Assembly (NCBI GenBank): GCA_036301785.1
Contig: JAXJDU010000286.1
Location: 1-42,337, forward strand
Origin: Acutalibacteraceae bacterium
Lineage (GTDB): Bacteria > Bacillota > Clostridia > Oscillospirales > Acutalibacteraceae
Reading direction: 5' to 3'
DNA length: 42,337 nt
Shown: piece by piece, positions 28,278 through 38,924 of the stretch
Layout: each line of letters opens with the position of its first letter
Numbering within the stretch: the first letter of the stretch is position 1
Program-made: the position numbers and the translations under genes
Notes under the pieces: model-generated
What the model was told of the DNA's origin: nothing
Seen by the model: only the letters and a program-made list of their open reading frames with translations
Database searches by the model: none

Positions 28278-29078
28278 GTGATTTATTTGAAAATAACAGC
28301 ACTTATAGAAAATACAACTGAAAATCCAGATATAGAAACCGAGCATGGTCTTAGTCTTTATATAGAAACTCAAAAGCATAGGATTTTGTTTGATATGGGA
28401 CAGACCGATATGTTTGCACGAAACGCTGAAAGGCTGGGAGCAGATATTTCTGCAGTAGATATTGCTGTGCTTTCTCATGGACATTATGACCATGGTGGTG
28501 GCATAAATAAATTTTTACAGATGAATAAGAATGCTCCATTATATATAAGCAGAAACGCTTTTGGCAAGCATTATTCTGGCACAGAAAAATATATAGGGCT
28601 TGATACATCTTTGAAGAATAACAGCAGATTAATAGCTGTGGATGAATATATTAAGCTTGATGACGGAATTGAAATTTTTTCATGCAATAAAAGTACAAGA
28701 AGCTACCAGACCAGCAGCTATGGCTTGAATATGATAGCTGACGGTGTAATGATACCTGATGATTTTTGTCACGAGCAATATCTGCTTATAACAGAGAATG
28801 ACAAGAGGGTTTTAATAAGTGGTTGCTCACATAAGGGTATTTTAAATATTATGGACTGGTTTAAGCCTGATGTGTTGATAGGGGGCTTTCATTTTATGAA
28901 GCTTGACCCGAATGGCGACGGTGAGGCAGAGCTGAAAAAATCTGCTGAGATACTGAAAAACTTTAACACAGCCTACTATACCTGCCATTGCACAGGCGTT
29001 GAGCAGTTTGATTATATTAAGTGCAGCTTAAACAATCAGCTTAATTATTTTGCATGTGGTGATGAAATTATAATATAA
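28278..29078 (+). CDS. MBL-fold metallo-hydrolase
   Basis: EHGLS, LFDMG, SHGHYDH, GCSHKG, GGFH, CHCTG. Confidence 0.92.
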   Translation: MIYLKITALIENTTENPDIETEHGLSLYIETQKHRILFDMGQTDMFARNAERLGADISAVDIAVLSHGHYDHGGGINKFLQMNKNAPLYISRNAFGKHYSGTEKYIGLDTSLKNNSRLIAVDEYIKLDDGIEIFSCNKSTRSYQTSSYGLNMIADGVMIPDDFCHEQYLLITENDKRVLISGCSHKGILNIMDWFKPDVLIGGFHFMKLDPNGDGEAELKKSAEILKNFNTAYYTCHCTGVEQFDYIKCSLNNQLNYFACGDEIII

Positions 29079-29090
29079 ATGATGTAGCTT

Positions 29091-29125
29091 AAAAAACGCA
29101 CTCTGGTTTTTCCGGGTGCGTTTTT
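29091..29125 (+). terminator. Intrinsic terminator
   Basis: AAAAAACGCAC...GTGCGTTTTT hairpin. Confidence 0.8.
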
Positions 29126-29335
29126 ATGCAATGTGAATAAAATTGTATGGTTTATATTATCACCAGAATAGAGTTTTCTTAAAAGTTTTTCAAGGTTCAT
29201 TCAAGGTATAGACGATAAAATATAATAGAATAACTAGCAGGTGTAGATTTTTAAAAGCGAAAAATAAACAGAGCTTTTCTAAGCCCTGCAGTGAATCTGA
29301 TATTTGTTAAAAATATATAAGGAGTGACTTATCAA

Positions 29336-30295
29336 ATGGTAGAGGTTAAAAACCTTGTAAAGCGTTATGGTGATAAGCTGGCTGTAGACCATGTCAGCTT
29401 TACTGTAAACGAAGGCGAAATCTTAGGTTTTCTTGGCCCTAACGGTGCTGGTAAATCTACAACAATGAACATCATTACAGGCTATTTGTCATCAACATCT
29501 GGTACTGTAACAATTGATGGCTGTGAAATTCTTGACGACCCAAAGGGTGCAAAGTCAAAAATAGGCTATCTTCCTGAAATTCCACCACTTTATCAGGATA
29601 TGACAGTAAAAAGATACCTTGAGTTTGTGTATGACCTTAAAAAGGTAACATTACCTAAAAAGGAGCACCTTGAAGAGGTTTGCAAGGTAACTAAAATAGC
29701 AGATGTTTATGACAGAATCATCAAGAATCTGTCAAAGGGTTACAGACAGAGAGTTGGTCTTGCACAGGCACTTATAGGTAATCCACCGGTAATTATTCTT
29801 GACGAGCCTACAGTTGGCCTTGACCCTAAGCAGATTATTGAAATGCGTAATCTTATAAGAGGCTTGGGTAAAAAGCACACAGTAATTCTGTCTTCTCATG
29901 TATTGTCAGAGATTCAGGCAGTATGTGACCGTATTGTTGTTATCAACCACGGTAAGCTTGTTGCTGACGAAAGCACAACAGACATCACAACAAATCTTAC
30001 TGGTGCAAAGCGTATTCAGCTGCATATTGATGGCGATGAAAGAACAGTTTTGCCAGCACTTCGTAATATTGACGGTGTGTCAAGAGTTCGTAAGGTTATG
30101 AGAACAGTAGACGGCTATAATGAATATATAGTTGAGTCTTTGCCAGATAACGACACAAGAAAAGCTATTTTCTATGCAATGGCAAGAGTAGAGTGTCCTA
30201 TAGTAATGATGCGTAACGCAGAAATGTCACTTGAGGATGCATTCCTGAAGATTACAAGTGGCGTTGATGTAGATGTAAAGGGAGGTAGAAAATAA
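29336..30295 (+). CDS. ABC-2 type ATP-binding protein (GldA-like)
   Basis: GPNGAGKS, LSKGYRQR, ILDEPTVGLDP, SSH. Confidence 0.95.
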   Translation: MVEVKNLVKRYGDKLAVDHVSFTVNEGEILGFLGPNGAGKSTTMNIITGYLSSTSGTVTIDGCEILDDPKGAKSKIGYLPEIPPLYQDMTVKRYLEFVYDLKKVTLPKKEHLEEVCKVTKIADVYDRIIKNLSKGYRQRVGLAQALIGNPPVIILDEPTVGLDPKQIIEMRNLIRGLGKKHTVILSSHVLSEIQAVCDRIVVINHGKLVADESTTDITTNLTGAKRIQLHIDGDERTVLPALRNIDGVSRVRKVMRTVDGYNEYIVESLPDNDTRKAIFYAMARVECPIVMMRNAEMSLEDAFLKITSGVDVDVKGGRK

Positions 30296-30999
30296 TGTCT
30301 GCAATTTTTAAAAGAGAGCTTAACGCTTATTTTACATCTCCGATAGCTTATGTGGTTTATGCAGTAGCTGCATTGTTTGGAGGTATTTTCTTTTGGGCTA
30401 TGGTGCTTTCAAGAGATACAACAGATATGACCTATGTGTTTTTGAATATGATTTCAATTGTTATAATTCTTATTCCTATTTTAACAATGAGATTGTTCAG
30501 TGAAGAGAAAAACAAAAAGACCGAGCAAGGCTTGCTGACTGCTCCTGTAAGCTTATTCGAGATTGTTATGGGTAAATTCCTTGCTGCATTAGTTGTATAT
30601 GCTGTTATGATGGTTATCTTTATTATTTACGGCGTTATAATCAGCACATTTGCAGCTCCTTCATGGCCTACAATTTTCTGTAATATTCTGGGCTTGCTGC
30701 TGTTTGGTGCTGCACTTATTTCTATTGGTATTTTCATTTCTTCACTTACAGAAAGCCAGATTGTTTCTGCAATTATTTCTATTGGTGTAGGCTTGTTTAT
30801 TTCTTTTATAGATAATATCGCAGGTTCAATAGGTGTTACATTTATTCAGGAAATCCTGTATACAATATCTTTTACAACACCATACCAGAATTTTGCTTTG
30901 GGTTTAATTAAATTATCAGATGTAGTTTTCTTCTTGAGTATTCCTGTATTGTTTAACTTCTTAACAATCAAGGTGCTAGAGAGAAGACGCTGGAATTAA
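30295..30999 (+). CDS. ABC-2 type permease (GldF-like)
   Basis: AIFKREL.AYF.SPIAY, TMRLFSEE, LLTAP...GKF; about 6 TM helices. Confidence 0.93.
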   Translation: MSAIFKRELNAYFTSPIAYVVYAVAALFGGIFFWAMVLSRDTTDMTYVFLNMISIVIILIPILTMRLFSEEKNKKTEQGLLTAPVSLFEIVMGKFLAALVVYAVMMVIFIIYGVIISTFAAPSWPTIFCNILGLLLFGAALISIGIFISSLTESQIVSAIISIGVGLFISFIDNIAGSIGVTFIQEILYTISFTTPYQNFALGLIKLSDVVFFLSIPVLFNFLTIKVLERRRWN

Positions 31000-31011
31000 G
31001 GAGGTGCCACA

Positions 31012-32613
31012 ATGAATAAGGATAATAAGGATTTAAACGAAATGCTTGAAACCGAAGAGCTTGCTTTAGAGGCAGAAGCTGAGGCAGAAGCAACAGAAGA
31101 AGCTGTTGAGGATAAAAAAGCTGAGAAAAAGGCTGATAAGAAAAAGAGTAACGGTGGCATTAAAAAGATTTTCACTGCAAGAAAGTTCAAAAAGGGTGGC
31201 TTTTCAATTGCTGTAACAGCTGTGTTTGTGGTTGCTGTTATTCTGCTTAACATGATTGCTGTTGTGGCTACTAATAAGATTCCTGCGTTGTCAGTTGACC
31301 TTTCAGAGCAGCAGGCTTATGACCTTTCTCAGGATACAATAGATTTTCTTGAAACAGTAAATAAAGATGTAACTATTACAGTGCTTGCGTCTAAAACAGA
31401 TTTTGAGGCAGCTAACCAGTATTACAAAATGGCTAGTATCCTGATTGATAAAATGCATAATGTAAATAAGAAAATTAAGATTACATATGTAGACCTTACA
31501 GCAAACCCTACTTTTGTAAATAAATACAAAGATGAAGACCTTGGTGGTGGCGAGTTTATTGTAAGCTGTGGCGAGAAATACAGAGTACTTTCTCCTACAG
31601 AGGATTTATTCGAGATTGGCTACACAAGTGATTACACATCTACAGTTGTTCAGGGTGTTAAGGTAGAGCCAGCTGTAACAACAGCTATTCTTAATGTAAC
31701 ATCAGAAAATCAGACTAAGGTGCAGTTTATTGAAGGCTTCGGTAAGACTTCAATCTACAGTGATGAGCCATTCAAAAATCTTCTGAAGCAGAATAACTAC
31801 GATGTATCTACAGTTTCAACTCTTACAGAAGAAATCGCAAGCGATGCACAGGCTCTTGTGCTGTTTACTCCAACAGTTGACCTTGACGAAGCTTCAGTAG
31901 AGAAAATCAAGAAATTCCTTAACAACAACGGCGAATATGGCAAGAGCCTTATCTATGTTGCTTGTGAGGAAGAGGTAAACACTCCTAACCTTGCAGCTCT
32001 TATCGAAGAATGGGGTATGAAGCTAAGTAATGGTGTAGCAGCAGAAACAGATACATCAAGACTGCTGACAAACAGCTATTACATTTCTATCTCAGATTAC
32101 GAAAACGCTGAGTATACACAGGGCCTTAAGGATTCATCTCTGCCTACAATCATCGGTTATACAAGACCAGTAGAAATAACAAACGCAAATAGTGCATCTG
32201 CATTGCTGACAACATCAGAGATGGCTAAGCTTGTACCATTTGGTTCAGACGAAAGCTTTGCATTTGACGGCGTAGAGCCAGCTAAGTACAACGCAGCAGC
32301 AGTTGGCAGCAAGGTATCAGGCGAAGAGGGTATTGCTTCTAATGTAGTAGTATTCGGTTCTGCACTTGTTTTTGACGAGTACACAATAAAGATTCCATCA
32401 GCTAACAATGGTTCTTATATTGTTAACCTTGTTAATAAGGTTACAGATAATCAGGATGAGGGTATTGCTATAAGTGGTAAAGACCTTACAAATCCATCAC
32501 TAGGTATTACAACAGACCAGATTTATTCATGGGCAATTGTTTGTGCAGGTGTAATTCCTGTAATGATCATTATAGTTGCAGTAATAATCTGGTTACGCAG
32601 GAGGAATAAATAA
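31012..32613 (+). CDS. GldG-family ABC transporter auxiliary component
   Basis: N- and C-terminal TM helices; DLS....YDLS..T motif; position in the operon. Confidence 0.88.
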   Translation: MNKDNKDLNEMLETEELALEAEAEAEATEEAVEDKKAEKKADKKKSNGGIKKIFTARKFKKGGFSIAVTAVFVVAVILLNMIAVVATNKIPALSVDLSEQQAYDLSQDTIDFLETVNKDVTITVLASKTDFEAANQYYKMASILIDKMHNVNKKIKITYVDLTANPTFVNKYKDEDLGGGEFIVSCGEKYRVLSPTEDLFEIGYTSDYTSTVVQGVKVEPAVTTAILNVTSENQTKVQFIEGFGKTSIYSDEPFKNLLKQNNYDVSTVSTLTEEIASDAQALVLFTPTVDLDEASVEKIKKFLNNNGEYGKSLIYVACEEEVNTPNLAALIEEWGMKLSNGVAAETDTSRLLTNSYYISISDYENAEYTQGLKDSSLPTIIGYTRPVEITNANSASALLTTSEMAKLVPFGSDESFAFDGVEPAKYNAAAVGSKVSGEEGIASNVVVFGSALVFDEYTIKIPSANNGSYIVNLVNKVTDNQDEGIAISGKDLTNPSLGITTDQIYSWAIVCAGVIPVMIIIVAVIIWLRRRNK

Positions 32614-34397
32614 TGGCTAATAAAAAACCAAACAGCAAGCCTGCAAAAAGCTCTGTAGCTACAGAGGAAGAAAATATTGATGATGGCTCAATGTTTTATG
32701 ACAATACAGCAGGCACAATCTTCTCGGCTGATTCTGATGCCGAAACTGGTAGCAATAAAGAGGCTAAAAAGCAGAGTAAAAAATCAGAAAAGAGAAAAGA
32801 CAGCAAAAAGCCAGCTAAGAATAAAAAGCCACTGATTATTGGTGCTTCTATTCTGCTTATTGCTGTGGCATTAGTAGGTGTTTACTTTGTTGTAGATAAA
32901 AAGGTACCTACACAAGCAGATGATACATCACCTACATACCCAACAGATGAAAACGGTCAGCAGTATGCAACCGACCTGAAGGGTAATAAGATAGACTCAG
33001 AAAAAGACTCTAACGGTAATATTCTTGTAGCAGGTATAGAAACACTTATCGACCATGTGCCTGCTGACATACAGACAGTACAGGTTACTAACGAGCATGG
33101 TAGCTTTGAATTACATTCAGAAACACCTACAGAGGTTTCTACTGACGCTAATGGTCAGGAAACTGTAACAACAGGTGCAACTGTTTATACTCTTGTAGGC
33201 TACGAGGAAGCAACCCTTGAAAGTGGTAAACCAGATGCAATAGCAAACGACGCTGCAGCAGTAACAACAACAAATATTGTTGATATAACAGGTAAAAATC
33301 CTGAGGAATACGGTTTAACAAAGCCAAGAGCAACTGCTAAAATTAAATTCAAGAATGGTAACGAAAGAACTGTTTTTGTAGGTAACGAGGCTCCTGGTGC
33401 TACTGGTGTATATATCAAAGTGAATGGTGACGAGGCTATTTATCTTGTAGCAGTAGAGAGTGTAGACGCATTCCTGTACAAGGCAACAGCGTTGCTTGAC
33501 CCAGCTGTTACTACAGCAGCAGATACAGACGAAAACGCAACAGCAAGCAAGGTTACTATAAGTGGTAGCAACTTCCCTAAGACACTAGAGTTTATCCCTA
33601 ACGATGACGAAACTGTACCAAGTGCTTATTACAAGATGACAGCACCAACAACAGGCTTTGCTAATATATCAAACTCTACAGCTGTACTTGGTTCACTTCG
33701 TTCAGTTACTGCAGAAGAGGTACTTGCATTCAACCCAAGCAAAGCAGACCTGAAGGCACAGAATGTAGACCTTGACGCACCTTATGCAGAGCTTAACGCT
33801 ACATTTGGTGACACTGTTATTCATCTGTATGCTTCTGCTCCATATACACAGGAAGAAGTAACCAGAGTTAACCTGTACAGCCCAGATACAAAAATGCTTT
33901 ATTCTATCAGCGATACAAAGGTTGCATGGGTAACAACAACATATGAGGCTATGCAGTACGAGCATATTCTTAAGGCTGATATCGACTATATCAAAAATAT
34001 AGAGGTTACAGCAAAGGGCAAGGCTTACAGCTTTGACATTTCTAAGGAGACAAAGGTTGACGCTGAAGGCAACGAAACAATACAGACAACTGTAAAACAT
34101 GGCGACAAGGCTATTGACAGCAGTAAGTTTGATATCTTCTTTGCTAATCTTGAATCAGCACAGGTTTACAGTGCTAAAACAGGCAATGTAAGTGGTAATG
34201 CTGACCTTACTGTAAAGGTTACTTACAACACAGATAAGCCAGCAGAAACCTTTACATTCTACAAGGGTGACGCAGGTAAATATAACTTCTCTGCTAACGG
34301 TACAACACTGGTTGGTGATGTATTTGATACTTATGTAACAAGCATTATAGAGGATGTAGCTTTACTTGCTCAGAATAAGAATATAGATTCAATTTAA
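32613..34397 (+). CDS. DUF4340-family membrane-anchored protein
   Basis: Single TM helix; EYGL.KPRA, VGNEAP...GVY motifs; usual fourth gene of GldAFG-like operons. Confidence 0.82.
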   Translation: MANKKPNSKPAKSSVATEEENIDDGSMFYDNTAGTIFSADSDAETGSNKEAKKQSKKSEKRKDSKKPAKNKKPLIIGASILLIAVALVGVYFVVDKKVPTQADDTSPTYPTDENGQQYATDLKGNKIDSEKDSNGNILVAGIETLIDHVPADIQTVQVTNEHGSFELHSETPTEVSTDANGQETVTTGATVYTLVGYEEATLESGKPDAIANDAAAVTTTNIVDITGKNPEEYGLTKPRATAKIKFKNGNERTVFVGNEAPGATGVYIKVNGDEAIYLVAVESVDAFLYKATALLDPAVTTAADTDENATASKVTISGSNFPKTLEFIPNDDETVPSAYYKMTAPTTGFANISNSTAVLGSLRSVTAEEVLAFNPSKADLKAQNVDLDAPYAELNATFGDTVIHLYASAPYTQEEVTRVNLYSPDTKMLYSISDTKVAWVTTTYEAMQYEHILKADIDYIKNIEVTAKGKAYSFDISKETKVDAEGNETIQTTVKHGDKAIDSSKFDIFFANLESAQVYSAKTGNVSGNADLTVKVTYNTDKPAETFTFYKGDAGKYNFSANGTTLVGDVFDTYVTSIIEDVALLAQNKNIDSI

Positions 34398-34416
34398 TAT
34401 CTTTTACAGGTAACAT

Positions 34417-34458
34417 GGTGTGCAATCGGTTTTAATAAATTGGTTGCACACCGTTTTT
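34417..34458 (+). terminator. Intrinsic terminator
   Basis: GGTGTGCAA...TTGCACACCGTTTTT. Confidence 0.8.
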
Positions 34459-34553
34459 ATATTTATTTCAGTTTTTGAGATTGCTCTGTGCTTGACTTTT
34501 TATATGTCAATAGTTATTATAAGTTTAAAATAATATGTATCGGGAGATTAACC

Positions 34554-35591
34554 ATGCGAAAAAAGATTAGTGCTGATTCTGTTTTTAATCTGTTTGTAAT
34601 AATAGTATCAGTAGCACTTATTACATACTTTTGTGTTTCAAAAGATGGACTTATAGATTTGGTAAGGTCAGATATAAAAATCAATTTGTTATGGATAGCT
34701 ATGGCTGTGCTTTGTCAGCTTGGTAATATGATTATAGACTCGTATCTGCTTTATAAATATATAAAACAAAGGTACGAAAGCTTCAGCTTTGCAGAGGGAA
34801 TAAAAGGCTCGTTTATAGGTAGCTTTTTCAGTGCAATTACACCGTCAGCGTCAGGTGGACAGCCTATGCAGGTTGTATTCTTGTCTACAAAAAAGATAGA
34901 CGCAGGCTATTCGTCCTCGTGCCTTATTCAGAAGTTTCTGGTTTATCAGATAGTTTCCACAGCTTTTACTGTGGGTGCGTTAGTGCTGGAGTTTGACTTT
35001 TTTCTTGCTAATGTAAACACACCTATACTATGGCTGTTTCTGATAGCAGGATTTTTTTCTCAGGTGGTAGTAACAGGTTTGATCATGGTTGCTTCATTTA
35101 ACAGTAAAATATCCAGATGGCTTGTAGGGCTTACGGATAAGCTGCTGAAAAAAATCAGATGGGTAAAGGAGCCAGAAAAGCTTGTGAAAAAGCTTGATGA
35201 CCAGGTTAAGCTTTTCCACACAGCGAATAAAAGTCTTGTAAAAAAACCAAAGCTGATGATTATATCGTTTGTGATGATTTTTGTGCAGATACTTCTTATT
35301 ATGCTTATACCGTATTGTGTGTACAGGGGATTTTCTCTTGATTCGGCTGGTGTGGTAGAAATTGTATGCTCACAGGCATTTGTTACTCTGGCGTCATCGA
35401 TGATGCCATTACCAGGTGCTACAGGTGCTGCCGAGCTTGCGTTTTCTGTATTTTACGGAATGTTTTTCGGCATAGCAATGCTGAAATCAGCGTTGCTTAT
35501 GTGGCGAGTTATAACCTACTACGCCGTTATCCTGATGTGTGCACCGTTTTCTATGCTTACAAAGAAGAAATCGGAAGAAAAAGCAGAATAA
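34554..35591 (+). CDS. Lysylphosphatidylglycerol synthase TM-domain / flippase-like protein (UPF0104)
   Basis: FFSAITPSASGGQP, PLPGATGAAE, LMWRVITYY motifs; GGGAG RBS. Confidence 0.9.
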   Translation: MRKKISADSVFNLFVIIVSVALITYFCVSKDGLIDLVRSDIKINLLWIAMAVLCQLGNMIIDSYLLYKYIKQRYESFSFAEGIKGSFIGSFFSAITPSASGGQPMQVVFLSTKKIDAGYSSSCLIQKFLVYQIVSTAFTVGALVLEFDFFLANVNTPILWLFLIAGFFSQVVVTGLIMVASFNSKISRWLVGLTDKLLKKIRWVKEPEKLVKKLDDQVKLFHTANKSLVKKPKLMIISFVMIFVQILLIMLIPYCVYRGFSLDSAGVVEIVCSQAFVTLASSMMPLPGATGAAELAFSVFYGMFFGIAMLKSALLMWRVITYYAVILMCAPFSMLTKKKSEEKAE

Positions 35592-35594
35592 TAT

Positions 35595-35637
35595 AAAAAC
35601 GCAGATTGAAAATAGTTTAAGTCAATCTGCGTTTTTT
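35595..35637 (+). terminator. Intrinsic terminator
   Basis: AAAAACGCAGATTGA...TCAATCTGCGTTTTTT. Confidence 0.8.
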
Positions 35638-35667
35638 GCGTGAATAAAGCTGAGATAAAAGGTTGAT

Positions 35668-36052
35668 AAATTGGAATTTGTCGGATTAACAACAAACTTC
35701 GATAGAGAAAAGCGTAAAGTTTAGGTCCACCCTTTTTAAAGGGTGGTGGGTGATGTAACCAATTCCGTAGGAATTGATTGCCTAGGGGTAACACCCCTCG
35801 TGGGATTTTAAAGGGCAAAGGCCTTTAACTCATAGTTTTTCCTAAAAATGCCTTGAAAAGGCATTTTTAAATATTCTTTAGGCGTTAAGGGCGTTGCCCT
35901 TAAAACTTTATTTTATGTAAACAAGCACACAGTGCTTGTTTACGCAATCAATTTGCTTCGCAAATTGGTTGCATGACCCAAAAGCCTTTAAAAAGGCTTT
36001 ACCCAAACTTTAAGTTTTGGTTTGTGCGTAACTCACCGACAAACTACAAATT
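35668..36052. repeat. Nested-palindrome intergenic element (MITE/REP-like or structured RNA)
   Basis: Imperfect terminal inverted repeats (14/17) enclosing a second IR pair and at least 8 internal hairpins. Confidence 0.65.
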
Positions 36053-36057
36053 ACAAA

Positions 36058-36097
36058 AAACAGCACAAGGTGTAAATAAATACACTTTGTGCTGTTT
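36058..36097 (-). terminator. Terminator after ireB
   Basis: AAACAGCACAAGGTGTA...TACACTTTGTGCTGTTT. Confidence 0.8.
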
Positions 36098-36159
36098 GCT
36101 TTAAAACAATGAAGATTAATTTTTAAATAAATCAGAATAATTAAGCTGGCAAGCTGTAA

Positions 36160-36405
36160 TTAATCCTTTTTCAGGTATGATTTAAGCAGTACCTCTAAAA
36201 TCTCATCTCGTTCCATTCTGCTTATAGTAGCCCTTGCATTTCGATGTGTTGTAATATATGTAGGGTCTTCTGACAGAATATATCCAACCATCTGATTAAT
36301 AGGGTTGTAGCCCTTTTCAGCAAGTGCGTCGTATACAAGAGTAAGATTTTTACGAAAAGCCTCATCCTTATCGTTTACAATTGAAAAGATCATTGTTTTA
36401 TCCAT
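36160..36405 (-). CDS. ireB: IreB/ReoM-family regulatory phosphoprotein (UPF0297)
   Basis: [31 protein letters not shown]....AR. Confidence 0.93.
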   Translation of the reverse strand: MDKTMIFSIVNDKDEAFRKNLTLVYDALAEKGYNPINQMVGYILSEDPTYITTHRNARATISRMERDEILEVLLKSYLKKD

Positions 36406-36506
36406 TAAAGAACACCTCCATTTTTATTACCTCTTATCGTTAATAATACTATACAGGCTACAAAAAATCAATAGAAATTTGTGTGAAATTTCAGGAATAT
36501 ATTGTA

Positions 36507-38891
36507 TTATGAACGAAGATTTGCACCTAGCTTCTCAAGTGCTGTCATAATTTTATTCATAGCAGTGCTTGCCTGCTCATCTGTAAGAGTACCCTCGTTA
36601 CTTCTCATAGTAATGTTGAATGCAACGCTCTTTTTGCCGGCTTCAATCTGCTTGCCCTGATATACATCGAATAGTTTGATAGACTCTACAAGCTTGCCAC
36701 CTGCGTTTGCTATAGCCTTTTGCAATGTGATAACAGGAATAGCTTCGTCACATAGAAGTGCGATATCTCTTGTTACAGCAGGATATTTTGGCAGTGGTGT
36801 GTAGCTTTTCTCTGTGTTTGCATATTTGTAAAGTACAGCAACATCAAGCTTGAAGATATAAACCCTTGTGCCTATACCGTAGTTTTCTATACACTGTGGG
36901 TGCATTTCGCCGATAACACCAAGCTTTTCACCCTCTACGCTAAGTACAGCACATCTGCCTGGGTGGAATGAATACTCATCGCCTGAAGCTTCAATGTCGT
37001 AATTCTGTAAGCCAGCCTTATTAAGTAGCTCCTCAAGAATACCCTTAGCTGTGAAGAAGTCAGCACCATCGCCATACATACCAGCAATAAGCACTTCCTT
37101 TTCTACAGGCAACTTGTCAGGCTCTGTTGGAATATACTCACGGCAAATTTCGTAAAGGTAAGCTGCTGCGTTACGGTTGTTGTAATTCTTTGATAGAATT
37201 TCCATCATAGAAGGTAGTGCTGTTGTACGCATTACGCTTGTGTCTTCACCAAGTGGGTTTCTGATAGTTACAGACTTTCTCAGCTCGCAGTCCTGTGGCA
37301 TAAGAATTTTATCATAATACTTAGGGCTGATGAATGAGTATGTCATAATTTCGTTCATACCCATAGCAAGCATACTCTGGTTAAGTGTTCTCTTGAACTT
37401 CTGCTCTGGTGAATATTTACCCTGTGCACCACCAGAAACTGATGTTGTTGCAATGTTGTTGTAGCCGTAGAAACGAGCAACCTCCTCGGCAATGTCAGCC
37501 TTGTGCAGCAGGTCAGGACGGAAGGTTGGTACTGTGATAATACCGTTTTCTACTGTGCAGTCAATCTTCTCAAGATAAGCTATCATAGCCTCTTCAGAAA
37601 TATCTGTGCCTAAAAATTTATTAGTCCACTCTGGCTCAAATGGAATTGTAACTCTGTTTGCTTCGTCAAAGTGCTTGTCTATAATAACGCCGTCCATAAC
37701 ATCACCAGCGTCAAGCATTTCAACAAGCTCACAGGCACGCTCAAGTGCAGGCAGTACAGAGTTAGGGTCAAGGCCTTTTTCGTATCTTGAGCTTGCGTCT
37801 GTACGCATACCATGGTCTTTTGCTGTAAGTCTTACAGAAGAGCCTGCAAAGTTAGCTGACTCAAAGATGATTGTAGTTGTGTCGTCTACAATACCACTGT
37901 ATTCGCCACCCATTACACCAGCAATAGCTATTGGCTTGTTAGCGTCTGCAATTACAAGGTTAGTAGTTTTCAGATTACGCTCAATACCGTCAAGTGTTGT
38001 AATCTTCTCACCCTCATTAGCAAGGCGAACTCTGATTTTACCCTCGTCAACAAATCTGAGGTCAAAAGCGTGCATTGGCTGACCATACTCAAGCATTACA
38101 TAGTTTGTAATATCAACAATGTTGTTGATTGGACGAACACCCATAGCACGAAGTCTTTCACGCATCCAGCGTGGTGATGGCTTTACTCTTACATTCTTTA
38201 CGATTTTAGCACTGTACACCTTACAAAGCTCAGGAGCTTCAATTTTAACATCAAGCATATCTGTGCAATCGCCGTTGCCACCCTTAACCTGTGGTGTGTG
38301 CAGCTTCAGCTCCTTGTTGAATGTAGCAGCAGCCTCTCTTGCCAAACCGATAACAGAGAAGCAGTCTGGACGGTTAGAGGTGATTTCAAACTCGAACTTA
38401 GTATCGTTAAAGCCAAGCACCTCTCTTATATCATCGCCAGGCTTGCAGTCTTCCTGCAATACCATAATGCCGTCTTCAATAGCATATGGGAAGTCATTTA
38501 CAGTTACACCAAGCTCAGCAACTGAACACATCATACCAAAGCTAGGCACGCCACGAAGCTTGCCCTTTGTGATTTTTGTGCCGTCTGTAAGAACAGACTG
38601 GTGCTTTGCAACTGGCACAAGGTCACCCACTGTAAGGTTTTTAGCACCTGTAACAATCTGGATAGGCTCATCTGAACCAACCTCAACCTGACAAACAACA
38701 AGCTTGTCAGCGTCTGGGTGCTTCTCTATGCTTAAAACCTTACCAACAACTACATTTTTAATTTTTTCGCCTTCTATTTCATAGCCCTCAACCTTAGAGC
38801 CACTCATTGTCATAGCTTCAGAAAATTCTCTGGGAGTCATCTTTTCGTCTGTGTCAACAAACTCCTTAAGCCATCTCATAGATAAATTCAT
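36507..38891 (-). CDS. pheT: Phenylalanine-tRNA ligase beta subunit
   Basis: HPDADKL, KLRGV.S.GM.CS, ITSNRPDC, NNIVDITNYV, RPDL...DIAEEVAR.YGY, FDX-ACB C-terminus. Confidence 0.98.
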   Translation of the reverse strand: MNLSMRWLKEFVDTDEKMTPREFSEAMTMSGSKVEGYEIEGEKIKNVVVGKVLSIEKHPDADKLVVCQVEVGSDEPIQIVTGAKNLTVGDLVPVAKHQSVLTDGTKITKGKLRGVPSFGMMCSVAELGVTVNDFPYAIEDGIMVLQEDCKPGDDIREVLGFNDTKFEFEITSNRPDCFSVIGLAREAAATFNKELKLHTPQVKGGNGDCTDMLDVKIEAPELCKVYSAKIVKNVRVKPSPRWMRERLRAMGVRPINNIVDITNYVMLEYGQPMHAFDLRFVDEGKIRVRLANEGEKITTLDGIERNLKTTNLVIADANKPIAIAGVMGGEYSGIVDDTTTIIFESANFAGSSVRLTAKDHGMRTDASSRYEKGLDPNSVLPALERACELVEMLDAGDVMDGVIIDKHFDEANRVTIPFEPEWTNKFLGTDISEEAMIAYLEKIDCTVENGIITVPTFRPDLLHKADIAEEVARFYGYNNIATTSVSGGAQGKYSPEQKFKRTLNQSMLAMGMNEIMTYSFISPKYYDKILMPQDCELRKSVTIRNPLGEDTSVMRTTALPSMMEILSKNYNNRNAAAYLYEICREYIPTEPDKLPVEKEVLIAGMYGDGADFFTAKGILEELLNKAGLQNYDIEASGDEYSFHPGRCAVLSVEGEKLGVIGEMHPQCIENYGIGTRVYIFKLDVAVLYKYANTEKSYTPLPKYPAVTRDIALLCDEAIPVITLQKAIANAGGKLVESIKLFDVYQGKQIEAGKKSVAFNITMRSNEGTLTDEQASTAMNKIMTALEKLGANLRS

Positions 38892-38924
38892 AACTTAATA
38901 CATCCTTTCTTTAAGTATTACAGA

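Noticed and set aside
35519..35818. 99-aa minus ORF
   Set aside because: Runs through the palindromic element and a terminator; no protein-like features or transposase motif.
37606..38691. 158-aa and 190-aa + strand ORFs
   Set aside because: Antisense shadows of pheT.
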